A stretch of 64,000 nucleotides of DNA, taken from contig JASFLY010000012.1 in NCBI GenBank assembly GCA_050117845.1, forward strand, positions 18,610 through 82,609. Direction: 5' to 3'. Of this stretch, positions 20,373 through 29,324 are shown piece by piece (within the stretch, counting starts at the first letter, position 1; every line of letters begins with the position of its first letter). Source of the stretch: Candidatus Zixiibacteriota bacterium (GTDB taxonomy: Bacteria > RBG-13-66-14 > B26-G2 > WVWN01). The translations under genes were made by a program, and so were the position numbers. Below the pieces are notes generated by a model that worked only from the letters and a program-made list of their open reading frames with translations, did no database searches and was not told the DNA's origin.

Positions 20373-21314
20373 TTATTCGGCTTCTTTCAGCCAGACCGTA
20401 TTCGCGTCGAAATCCGCGAAAACTTTATTGTTTATAAAGAAATCGTAACCCATCACGCCATTGCCCATGTACCCGGCCATATCGGTTATCACACAGTCGT
20501 GCTCCCCCAGCGGGTGCTCGCCGAGGGACAGGTCGATTTTAAAGAAGAGAACCTCTTGCCCCGTTCGCTCGTTGACGACGACGTTCTCGACGGGGATGGC
20601 GTAGCATTCGACTATCGCCTCGGCGAGTTCGGAGCCGGCGGGGATGGCGGTGGCGTTCGAGCCGGTGTCGAGGCCGATGCGGTACTCGCCGGTTAAGCCC
20701 CCGAAACGGACGTCGAATTGCTGGGCGCCGGAATACTCACAACGGAACCACCCCTCGTCGGCGATGAAGGCCGGGACCTCCCCCTTGCGGTAGAGCGTCA
20801 TCTTCCGGGCCCCGTAATCTATGAGGACGTTGAAGTTGCGCAGGAGGCCCAGGCCGACGTAACCGTCGAAGCCGGGGGGCGACGTCAGGTTCTCGTAGGC
20901 CGGGACGTCAGTAAGCTCGAGGCCGCCGACGGTGAACGACGGGATGGTAAACTCCCGGGCGCGGTAGAGCTTCCCCTCGGCGTCGCGATGCGTGACAGCT
21001 CCGCCGGTGTAGGTGACATCCAAGCGCTCGAGCGCCGCCGGCGTGAGCGTAACCGTGGCCCAGCCGGCGCCGGTGTCCAGCATCAAGTCGAAGCCCTGGC
21101 CCTGGATGACGGGGCGTATTATGGCGTAGCGGCCGTCGTGGCCGCCGAAGGACAGGGGGACCTCGGTCGGCGCGAAGCCGACCAGATCCCTCTCGGCGAC
21201 GACGTAGGGAGCGCGGTGGCCGAAGCAACCGCCGAGGGCGACGGCCAGGATCAAAAGACTCGACCAAACGCGGGGGCGGTAGTCCGGTTTTACGGGTATT
21301 ATGTGGTCAGGCAT
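20373..21314 (-). CDS. two-lobed retropepsin-like aspartyl protease lipoprotein
   Basis: Lipobox LGGC, two DTG motifs (LDTGAG, LDTGSN) each followed by hydrophobic-G psi loops (GYVGLG, GVMGYD). Confidence 0.75.
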   Translation of the reverse strand: MPDHIIPVKPDYRPRVWSSLLILAVALGGCFGHRAPYVVAERDLVGFAPTEVPLSFGGHDGRYAIIRPVIQGQGFDLMLDTGAGWATVTLTPAALERLDVTYTGGAVTHRDAEGKLYRAREFTIPSFTVGGLELTDVPAYENLTSPPGFDGYVGLGLLRNFNVLIDYGARKMTLYRKGEVPAFIADEGWFRCEYSGAQQFDVRFGGLTGEYRIGLDTGSNATAIPAGSELAEAIVECYAIPVENVVVNERTGQEVLFFKIDLSLGEHPLGEHDCVITDMAGYMGNGVMGYDFFINNKVFADFDANTVWLKEAE

Positions 21315-21484
21315 CGCGGCCCGTATGAATAAAGGCCCTCGAGAGGGCCCGGGTTTAATATGATCGCTCGTATCTGAACAACCCGACTTGATTTTGCGTA
21401 CGATTAGATCGACGAGGAAAACACCCCCCGCCCCCTTTCGCCCGCCTCACCTTGAAGCAGATACTCAAAGGTGATGATTTATCC

Positions 21485-21889
21485 CTACCCATTAATCGGC
21501 GTATCCCTTTTAATAGCTTTCGGCCCTTTGGCCACGATAAAAAACGCCCAGGCCAAAACGAGCGCGACCGGCGCCCAGATTTTCTCCCAGCCGCTCGGGG
21601 AAATAACGTTCATAATAACGTTCAGGCAGAAAAATGCGAATATAATCCAGGCGGCGATGCGGAAGCCCTTGGATTCGGGCTTGGCCACCCTTTTCCCGGC
21701 TATCCAGGCCATCAGTACGTAGATAATAATTGAACTCGCGGAGGCAATGCGGTATTCGAGAGGTAAGACTTCGTTGCCCCCGCCCCAAGCGGCCGCACCC
21801 CAGGGCATGCCGGCAATCAGCGCGACCTGAAAACAGGCCAAGATAGCGAGAAGGACAATAATGATTATTAACGCATAATTACTTTTCAT
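21485..21889 (-). CDS. small membrane protein
   Basis: Four hydrophobic segments, GMPWGAAAWGG; less GC-rich than neighbours. Confidence 0.7.
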   Translation of the reverse strand: MKSNYALIIIIVLLAILACFQVALIAGMPWGAAAWGGGNEVLPLEYRIASASSIIIYVLMAWIAGKRVAKPESKGFRIAAWIIFAFFCLNVIMNVISPSGWEKIWAPVALVLAWAFFIVAKGPKAIKRDTPING

Positions 21890-22007
21890 TATTAGACCAA
21901 GTTTTTTTAATTATTAATCCAACGAAACACACCGCTACCGTACTCAACGGTACACGCGGCGCCCCCGATCAACACGATAACGCCTATAGATTTAGGGGGA
22001 TATTTTA

Positions 22008-22096
22008 TGGCGGAGAGGGTGGGATTTGAACCCACGAGGCCCAACGGGCCCACACGCTCTCCAGGCGTGCTCCTTAAGCCGCTCGGACACCTCTCC
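22008..22096 (-). tRNA. tRNA-Ser(GGA)
   Basis: GGAGAGG acceptor, anticodon arm CACGC-CTGGAGA-GCGTG, long variable arm, GTTCAAATC, encoded CCA. Confidence 0.95.
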
Positions 22097-22124
22097 GCGT
22101 AATCGTATTCTGTTTTCGGCCCCT

Positions 22125-22376
22125 TTAATTGCGTATCGCCCGGGCCTCGCCCTCGATGGCGCGGCGGGCCGCTTGCGCCTCCCCCGCGTCCCAGTCGTCG
22201 CCGGCCCGTACCGTAACCGGCACCAGAACGCCGTCGTGTTCGACGAGACAGCGGAAGGGCCGGCCGAAGAGCCGCTCGCGCCGCGGCTCGGGCGGTGGGT
22301 CGGGACGCCCGGAGAGGGCCCCCAACGACGGCCGGGCCACGAAGCCCGCGACCCACAGGCGAATACGTCTACCCAT
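22125..22376 (-). CDS. small hypothetical protein (83 aa) between two tRNA-Ser genes
   Basis: ATG at 22376 to TAA; strongly GC3-biased codons; fills the inter-tRNA gap. Confidence 0.45.
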   Translation of the reverse strand: MGRRIRLWVAGFVARPSLGALSGRPDPPPEPRRERLFGRPFRCLVEHDGVLVPVTVRAGDDWDAGEAQAARRAIEGEARAIRN

Positions 22377-22383
22377 AAATAAT

Positions 22384-22470
<87 letters not shown>

Positions 22471-22546
22471 GTATAAGCCGCGCTATTCTAATAAAAAGGG
22501 GCCGCCGCGGCAACCCCAAATTTGCTTTTTTAGTCCATGGGCTCGT

Positions 22547-22738
22547 TTACTCGTTCGCCGAGAGCGCCTCCAGCGGGCAGGTCATGACGCAATCGCCGCA
22601 CGCCGTGCAGGAGTCGGCGTCGTACTCAAGGATGGAGCCGACAATAGACAGAGCCAACGGCGCGCATACGGCGACACAACCGCCGCAGAGGTCGCAACGG
22701 CTATGGTCGACGACGAGGTAGCCGGCGGCAACCGCCAT
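22547..22738 (-). CDS. 2x[4Fe-4S] ferredoxin (63 aa)
   Basis: CDLCGGCVAVC and CTACGDCVMTCP; ATG overlaps upstream TAA (TAATG). Confidence 0.85.
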   Translation of the reverse strand: MAVAAGYLVVDHSRCDLCGGCVAVCAPLALSIVGSILEYDADSCTACGDCVMTCPLEALSANE

Positions 22739-25700
22739 TAGAAGTCGTACCCCAACGTGAAGTGGAAGCGCGGCGGCGTCTCGACCTCGCGGAGGTTGGT
22801 CCTCCAACCCCAATCGAGTTTGACGTCGAAGTAGCCGAGCCACCACCGCAGGCCGGTGCCGAAGGCCATCTTGCCGTGGACCAGGTGCCACCCGCCGTCC
22901 TTGGTGGCGAAGGTGAAGTCGTCGTATTTAAGGTCCTCTTTGCCGGTATACCAACGATGGTCGTCGGGGTAGGGGGAATTCGGGTCGAAACCCCACGCGG
23001 TCCCGAGATCCACGAAGAAGAGCGTCCTGAACCCACCCAGGACCAACCCCTCGACCGGCCATACGATATAGTCGATTATCGGCATGCGGAACTCGAAACT
23101 CCCCAGGCCGAACTGGTTACCGTAAATCTGGTAATAACGGTACCCGCGCAGGTTCGAGCCGCCGCCGAGGTAGAAGTTTTGAGGGTCCCGGCCGGTGGAG
23201 ATACCCCCGGCCAGACGGAAGGCCAGGCTCACCCGGTCGGAGACACGCACGTAACGGCGGAGGTCCAGCACCTGCTCGGTGTAGTATTCGGAGGAATCCG
23301 TAACGGGGGTCGTCTGCCGCACGGTGTAGGACATGCGCATCCCGGCGTTGGGATGGTAGTAGCCCCACTGCGTCGTGTCGCGGACGAAGGCCCCGATGAC
23401 GCCGAGGATATTATCGTCCCGCGGCGGGATGTACCGTTCCTCCGGATCGTAGAAGTAATCCGTCCGGCGGTCGTAGCCGAAGACGCCGCCCTCGACGCGG
23501 TTGCGCTTGTTCAGCGGGTACGACGCGATGGCGGAGCCGCCGGATACGCGGCGGTCGAACGCCACGTCCGTCGCGATGTAGTATTCCTGCCACGTCAGCG
23601 CGGAGAATATGTAGGACGTGCGTCGCGTCAGGTAATAGTAGTCGATAGCCACGTCGATGTCGTGGAAAGAGCCGATGGTCGTCAAGTCGAATAGGAGGTC
23701 GATGCGGTGGCTGCCGAGGATGTCGCTTAGGCCCAGTACGGTGTAGTTGGTGAACTCGCCGCCGGTGGTGTAGGCGAAGGTGGTATTGAGGTAATCCGGG
23801 CTGAACTTGACGCCGTATTTGCGGGTATCGTCGAGGCGCTCGGAGACGGTGAGAGCCCGGACCGTCGGCGGCGACGCGTAGGTTTCGGCCTCGGCGCCTT
23901 CGTCCGCGTCTCCCGTTTCCACGCCCTCCTCCAGGGGTTCTTCGGCCGCCGTCTCGGCCTCCTCCGGGTCCGGGACCTCCGGCATAACCTCCTCGCCGGC
24001 CGTTTCGGCCTCGAGGACGGCGAGGGCGAGTTCTTCGCCGGTGACGATTTCACCCTCGGCCTCGCTCGTTAGTGCGGCCTCGGCTTCGCCTTCCGCTTCG
24101 GGTTCGGGTTCGGGTTCTACAACCGGCGGCGGGTCGTCGCCGTAGCGGGCGAGCCAGGCCTCGTAGCCGTAGTCGTCCGGCCCCGGCCTCTCGATCGCAA
24201 CTTCGCCGACGGGTTCGTCCAACCAGGGCATGCTCCAGAGGGAGTAGGTGAACTTCTCGTAGGCCGTGAACGCGACCGTTTCGCCGTCGGGGGACCAGGT
24301 CGCGTCCATGACACCGGTAACGACGTCGGTGTGCTTCCCCACTTCCCGCGTCGCGAGGTCCATCACGTAGATGTTGTAAATACCGTCGTCCCGGTTGGAG
24401 CAGAACATCATCCGAGTGCCGTCCGGCGACAGCCGGGGGGAACGATTCTCGTAATTGGAGAAGGTTATCTGCTCCTCGTCGGTGCCGTCGGGCCGCACGC
24501 GGAAGATATTATTGAAGGCCTCGCGTTCGGACGCGTAATAAATGTACTCGCCGTCGGGGGACCAGGCGGGATAGCCCTCGGAATAGAAGTCGTCCGTTAC
24601 GCGGTCGACGCGGCCTGTGGCGACGTCCAGGACGTAGATGTCGCGCTTCTCGCGCTCGACGCCGGCGAACGCGATTTTCGTCCCGTCCGGGGAATAGGCC
24701 GGCGCCAGGATATCTTCGAACTCAGGGTTGTAGCGCCGGACGATTTCGCGGTTGAAGATGTTCAGGATATATATCTGGTCGAACGTATCCTTCTTGCCGA
24801 CGAAGGCGATGAAGTTGCCATCCGGGGACCAGCTTAGGCCGTTCTGCATGTAGAGGATGTACTCGTATTCCGAGAGCGCGTACCCCTTGGTAAGGTTGTC
24901 GAACTTCTCGCCGGTCTCGGCGTTGACCAGGAAGATATCGAGGAAACGTTCCTTGATGGTCATGCAGGCGACGAGGTCGCCGGAAGGAGACCAGTTGGGC
25001 TGGAAGTACGAGATGTATTCACGGCGGTCGTCAACGGGCGAGAGCTGAGTGGCGAAGTCCTTCAGCTGGTCGTGCTCCGCGATGGACGGCCAATAACGCT
25101 TGCGGAGCCACACCTTCCAATCCTCGTTGAGGTCGTCCTGTTTGATGCCGAACGAGTCCTCCAGCGCGCCGTCGGGCCGCCTAAGAGCGCTCGCCCCGAA
25201 GGACTGCAGGAGTTCGGCGGGCGCGTCGGGGCCGTAGGTTTCGACCAGGTATTCCATAATGGACTGGCCCAGCTTGTAACCGAGATAGGCGAAGGGCAGC
25301 ATGCTGAAGCTGCTCATATATTGCAAATCGGGGAGGTTGTCGCTCATGACGGCGTCCCGGAGGATCATATCGCCGTCGGGCGAATCGTCGCCGCAGTAGT
25401 ATTCCGCCTGCCCTTCCATGAACCAATCCGGCGGCGCCGTCACGGTGAAGACCGAACCGAAGGTCGGGAACAACAGACCTATCTGGAACTCGTGCACCAT
25501 TTCGTGGTGCAACGTCGTCTCGAACTGGCGCTGGGATCCGTTGTACGGCATTACCAGCCGGTTCTTTATCGGTTCCGTCAGGCCGCCGATGGCCTCGCCG
25601 CTCACCGGGCTGATGTTGTTCTGTTCGAAGTGCCGCGGCGACATATAGATGACGATGGGGACGCGTTTTTTAAGGTCGAAGCCGAGGTCGTTCGAAACCT

Positions 25701-25917
25701 CGTCGTACGAGGCTTCGGCCACTTCGGCGGTCCAGTCGAGGAGGAAATTCTCCTCCTCGTAATAGTATATGTCGAAATGGTCGGTGGGGAGGACCCGCCA
25801 CGAGAACTTCTCGTTGCGGACGGAATTTTTGCCGAACGCGCCGGCGAACGACGCGTTTAGGAGTATTAAAAGGGCCGCGAGGCCCATCGTCGTCAGTTTA
25901 AAATTTCGCCAATCCAC
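22738..25917 (-). CDS. peptidase MA-like + TolB/PD40 propeller + Omp85 (BamA/TamA) barrel fusion
   Basis: HEMVH and WFMEGQAEY; repeated WSPDG; FYLGGGSNLRGY; C-terminal FTLGYDF. Confidence 0.85.
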   Translation of the reverse strand: MDWRNFKLTTMGLAALLILLNASFAGAFGKNSVRNEKFSWRVLPTDHFDIYYYEEENFLLDWTAEVAEASYDEVSNDLGFDLKKRVPIVIYMSPRHFEQNNISPVSGEAIGGLTEPIKNRLVMPYNGSQRQFETTLHHEMVHEFQIGLLFPTFGSVFTVTAPPDWFMEGQAEYYCGDDSPDGDMILRDAVMSDNLPDLQYMSSFSMLPFAYLGYKLGQSIMEYLVETYGPDAPAELLQSFGASALRRPDGALEDSFGIKQDDLNEDWKVWLRKRYWPSIAEHDQLKDFATQLSPVDDRREYISYFQPNWSPSGDLVACMTIKERFLDIFLVNAETGEKFDNLTKGYALSEYEYILYMQNGLSWSPDGNFIAFVGKKDTFDQIYILNIFNREIVRRYNPEFEDILAPAYSPDGTKIAFAGVEREKRDIYVLDVATGRVDRVTDDFYSEGYPAWSPDGEYIYYASEREAFNNIFRVRPDGTDEEQITFSNYENRSPRLSPDGTRMMFCSNRDDGIYNIYVMDLATREVGKHTDVVTGVMDATWSPDGETVAFTAYEKFTYSLWSMPWLDEPVGEVAIERPGPDDYGYEAWLARYGDDPPPVVEPEPEPEAEGEAEAALTSEAEGEIVTGEELALAVLEAETAGEEVMPEVPDPEEAETAAEEPLEEGVETGDADEGAEAETYASPPTVRALTVSERLDDTRKYGVKFSPDYLNTTFAYTTGGEFTNYTVLGLSDILGSHRIDLLFDLTTIGSFHDIDVAIDYYYLTRRTSYIFSALTWQEYYIATDVAFDRRVSGGSAIASYPLNKRNRVEGGVFGYDRRTDYFYDPEERYIPPRDDNILGVIGAFVRDTTQWGYYHPNAGMRMSYTVRQTTPVTDSSEYYTEQVLDLRRYVRVSDRVSLAFRLAGGISTGRDPQNFYLGGGSNLRGYRYYQIYGNQFGLGSFEFRMPIIDYIVWPVEGLVLGGFRTLFFVDLGTAWGFDPNSPYPDDHRWYTGKEDLKYDDFTFATKDGGWHLVHGKMAFGTGLRWWLGYFDVKLDWGWRTNLREVETPPRFHFTLGYDF

Positions 25918-26650
25918 GGGGTTCCGCCACTTCGTGGGGTTGCAGGGTGTAAACGAAATCGTCCACGGCCTCGCCGAGGAGTTCTTCGAATATCTCTTTC
26001 TCCTCCAGCGAGGCGACGGTAACTTCGTCCTGTTCGTAGGTCCGCATCGTCGTCGTCTCGAATTCCCGGCGGCGCATCAGCCTTCCGGTCCGAACGTCGA
26101 AGGCCTTCACCGTGAGTTCGAGCGTAAACCTCAGGTTTACGTCCATATAACGGGTGGCGTACGCGGTTCCGTACTCGAAGGGAGCGATGGTCTGGTTGTC
26201 GGACGTGTACAACTCGTTGCGAACGTCGCCCTCCGGGCTGTAGGTCCGGCGTACCAGTTCGACCTTGCCCACGAGAACGGCGTCCACACCCAGGTCCTCG
26301 CCCAACGCCAATACCTGATCCCGGTTCGCGGGGTCGAAATAATCGACGCGGTCGAGCGCCGCTTCTACCGTCTCCGACGGTTCGACGAGGAAGGAGTCCT
26401 CCTCCTCCATCGTCTCGCGAAGGGTTTTGGCGGCCAGCAGGCCGTCGTCCTCGTCCCCCTCGAAGGGCAGCACCGCTACCCGCTTGTACACCGAAGGGTC
26501 GAGGTCCGGCGGCTTCTGCACCTGTATGACGACGAAGCCGGAGTGCCGGCAGGCCCCGCCGGCGACCAGGGCCGCGGCGACCGCCCCGAGCGCGAGTATC
26601 CGCACGCCGGCCCGGCGCGCGCCCTTAAAGCTGGTCGGCGTAATTCTCAA
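25898..26650 (-). CDS. lipoprotein, CsgG/GNA1162-like fold
   Basis: Lipobox GGAC, RVAVLPFEG, LGVDAVLVGKV, DVRTGR. Confidence 0.65.
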   Translation of the reverse strand: MRITPTSFKGARRAGVRILALGAVAAALVAGGACRHSGFVVIQVQKPPDLDPSVYKRVAVLPFEGDEDDGLLAAKTLRETMEEEDSFLVEPSETVEAALDRVDYFDPANRDQVLALGEDLGVDAVLVGKVELVRRTYSPEGDVRNELYTSDNQTIAPFEYGTAYATRYMDVNLRFTLELTVKAFDVRTGRLMRRREFETTTMRTYEQDEVTVASLEEKEIFEELLGEAVDDFVYTLQPHEVAEPRGLAKF

Positions 26651-26651
26651 A

Positions 26652-27119
26652 TCAGTTCAACCCGTATTTCTTTTTATCCTGCCTTACCTGGGCGTTGATC
26701 TGGGCCCGCAACTCGGCGCTTTCGGCCAGGAGTTTCGCCAGCCGGTCGCGGCGTTCGGTCCCGCCCTCTTCCCGGTATTCCTTCGCCACCATCAACGCCA
26801 GGAGCATTTTATCGATATAGAGGATATAACCCTCGTTTATCTCGTTGGTACGGTCGTCGTAGGTCAGGACCGAATCGAAGCCCTCCCGGGCCTTGACCAG
26901 ACGCGATTTTATGTCCTCCGCCGCCTCGACCGGAAAACCCCGGTCCGACAGGTCCATCTTCTCCGCGTCGGCCGCGATGCTATTGAGCGAACTTATCAGC
27001 GTCGACGCGGTGACGTAATAATCGACGAACGCCTCTTTGCCCGCAGCCCCGGCCGCGGGGGCCAGGACGGCCAAAACCGCCCCTATTATTACTACACTCG
27101 TAATTATGTCTCGCATCAT
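26652..27119 (-). CDS. secreted helical hypothetical protein
   Basis: Signal peptide, GC3 bias, abuts next gene. Confidence 0.65.
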   Translation of the reverse strand: MMRDIITSVVIIGAVLAVLAPAAGAAGKEAFVDYYVTASTLISSLNSIAADAEKMDLSDRGFPVEAAEDIKSRLVKAREGFDSVLTYDDRTNEINEGYILYIDKMLLALMVAKEYREEGGTERRDRLAKLLAESAELRAQINAQVRQDKKKYGLN

Positions 27120-27391
27120 AACTCCCGCAAACTCCTATCCGGGACAATTTTAACACTCCGGCGGCCTCTTTGCAACGCCAAAGCACCGCCTTTCCCGCAC
27201 AGGCTGGTTACGGGAGTACGCGATTCCCCTTATTATGACGGCGGTTCTCGGGCCGCTGTTGCAATTCGCCCGGATCCCTGGCCCGGATCCGCCACCCGGG
27301 GAGCTTACGTGAATTCGACGTTTTCGGCGCCTTTGGCGTTTAATACCCCGTCCCCCCACCCCGGATATTCGCGATACTGCGCCCCGCACAA

Positions 27392-27425
27392 GAAAAAGGA
27401 GGCAGGCCCCGCCGGGGCCCGCCTC
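27392..27425 (-). terminator. intrinsic terminator after matrixin gene
   Basis: GAGGCGGGCCCC-GGC-GGGGCCTGCCTC then CTTTTT on minus strand. Confidence 0.65.
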
Positions 27426-27458
27426 TCTCGATATCGGGACTACTCCGGTAGGGGTTGC

Positions 27459-28664
27459 TTAACGCGCGATGACCAGGCGCCGCGCGGATGCTTCGTTCCC
27501 CGCCTCCAGCCGGTAAATGTACACGCCCGGCGGGACGGCCCGGCCGCTCTCGTCGGCCAGGTTCCAAACGACCTCGTGTTCGCCGGCCCCGCCGCCCGTG
27601 AAGAGCGTCTTGACGCGGCGGCCGCTGAGGTCGTAGACGTCGAGCCGGCCTTCGGCCCCGTCGGCCAGCGAGAACGATATAGTAGCCTCGCTGTGCGCCG
27701 GGTTCGGGTAAGCCGAGGCCAACGCGAAGGCGGCCTTCGTGCCGGAGGGCATAGTCACCCGCACCGGCCCGAACTGCTGTTTGTGGCCGGTGAGGTCCAC
27801 GGCCTCCAGAAGATACTTGTAGTCGGCGCCCAAGCGGACACCCTCGTCGGAGAAACTATACGGAGAACTTCCGGTTATGAGCGCGCCGTTCACTTTGACG
27901 TAATCGGCTCCGGCTGCGTCCTCCATGCGGTACAGGTTGTAACCGGCGTGGTCCTCTTCCACGGCGGCCTTCCACTCCACCATTACCTCCCCTTCCCGTA
28001 CGCGGGCGGTGAAGGACTCGAGCGTTACGGCCGCGTTGGGATAGAGGTAACGGATGCCATTAATGTCGTCCGAATGGAGCGTCCTCTTTCGGGTTTCACC
28101 CGGCGAGGCGTAGCCGTACATCGTCTTCTCGCTATCGCCCGGGCTGTAGAGGTCGGCCAGGACGAGGTTGTGGCCGAATTCGTGGGTGGCGATGTTCTGG
28201 ACGTCCATCTGCCCCGAGGCGCCGCTGTCGGACCAGGTATAGTTGTAGCCGTTGAAGGACACGTCGTTCTCGATAACCCGCCAATACGTGACTTCGTCCG
28301 CCATCCAGAACTGGTTGACGGCGATGGCGCTCGCCGAGAACGGCCACGACCCCTGGCCGGAATGCGTCGGTTCGTACCAGACGCAGAGGTTGACGTTGTC
28401 ATACTTCGTTTCCAGGATGCTCGAATTCGAACCGCGGCTGTTGCGGTACCACTGGTAGGTAACGTTGGACCAGGTATCCAGGGCCGATACCAGACGGGCG
28501 AACTCGTTCGAGCAGTCGGGCGTACCCAGGCTGTTGAAACGCATCGTCCAGGGCATCTGGGCCTTGGTGTGGTATACGGGCCTCCCCTGGTAATACATTA
28601 CCTCGAAGGCGAAAGCCGACGCCGCCAGCGCGAATACCGAAACCAGGATAAGCGCTTTTTTCAT
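27459..28664 (-). CDS. matrixin-like metzincin metalloprotease with T9SS/FlgD-type C-terminal domain
   Basis: Signal peptide; HEFGHNLVLAD and Met-turn TMY; YPNP...YDLSGRRV...GVYIYRL tail. Confidence 0.82.
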   Translation of the reverse strand: MKKALILVSVFALAASAFAFEVMYYQGRPVYHTKAQMPWTMRFNSLGTPDCSNEFARLVSALDTWSNVTYQWYRNSRGSNSSILETKYDNVNLCVWYEPTHSGQGSWPFSASAIAVNQFWMADEVTYWRVIENDVSFNGYNYTWSDSGASGQMDVQNIATHEFGHNLVLADLYSPGDSEKTMYGYASPGETRKRTLHSDDINGIRYLYPNAAVTLESFTARVREGEVMVEWKAAVEEDHAGYNLYRMEDAAGADYVKVNGALITGSSPYSFSDEGVRLGADYKYLLEAVDLTGHKQQFGPVRVTMPSGTKAAFALASAYPNPAHSEATISFSLADGAEGRLDVYDLSGRRVKTLFTGGGAGEHEVVWNLADESGRAVPPGVYIYRLEAGNEASARRLVIAR

Positions 28665-28687
28665 GTCTATTTCCTCTCTTCGCCGGC

Positions 28688-29155
28688 TTAACGGCCCGCA
28701 GCCGCCGCCACTTCCGCGACGTATTCGTCCAAGGTTACGCCCGCGGGCAGGACCGTCCCGTCCACGACCGATTGCTTACTCTGCACGCCGTCCGGGCAGT
28801 TGTACACGCCGCCCTCCTTCGGCGCTAGGAACAACACGACGTCCTCACCGACGCGGAAAGTCGGTTCCACCGAAACCGCGTACGCCAGGCCGTCGTACTC
28901 GCCGCCCATGTAGCGGACCGTTACGTATTCCTCGACGGTGGCGCCGACGATGGTGTCGGCCACCAGGACTTTCGCCTCTGAGTAAATTACGCCGCGGCCG
29001 TCCGGCGGGTAGGATTCGATATCCTGCACCGTTCCGGTTACGACGAGCGTCGCGTGGTCGACTAGGTCCTCGGTCGAAACGCGGACCATCGACGCCCCGG
29101 CGACGACGGCGAACAGCGCGAGGAGCACGCCCAGCAATAAACACTTTCTCCGCAT
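28688..29155 (-). CDS. secreted protein, pro-domain-like partner of the matrixin
   Basis: Signal peptide; LVDHATLVVTGTV, YMGGE, PTFRVGEDVVLFL; GGAGGT RBS. Confidence 0.7.
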   Translation of the reverse strand: MRRKCLLLGVLLALFAVVAGASMVRVSTEDLVDHATLVVTGTVQDIESYPPDGRGVIYSEAKVLVADTIVGATVEEYVTVRYMGGEYDGLAYAVSVEPTFRVGEDVVLFLAPKEGGVYNCPDGVQSKQSVVDGTVLPAGVTLDEYVAEVAAAAGR

Positions 29156-29171
29156 TCGCTACCTCCTATTA

Positions 29172-29188
29172 GTAATGATTATCATTAC
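29172..29188. promoter_or_regulatory. Fur-family operator
   Basis: Perfect 8-1-8 palindrome GTAATGAT-T-ATCATTAC; 16/19 match to GATAATGATAATCATTATC on minus strand; beside the RBS. Confidence 0.65.
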
Positions 29189-29324
29189 CGTTTATATTAT
29201 ATATTATTCTACGGCTTGAGTCAAACCGTTACTCATATATTCTATTATAATATACTTTTTTCAGGCCGAACGCAAGGGAATCCCGACGGAATAACGTATT
29301 TTCCGGGATAAATTCGCGGCGCTA

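Noticed and set aside
21485..22007. Integrative element at tRNA-Ser(GGA)
   Set aside because: Slightly AT-rich neighbour but no integrase and no duplicated tRNA 3' end found
26427..28691. 754-aa plus-strand ORF
   Set aside because: Antisense to three well-supported minus-strand genes and crosses their intergenic signals; no recognisable domain
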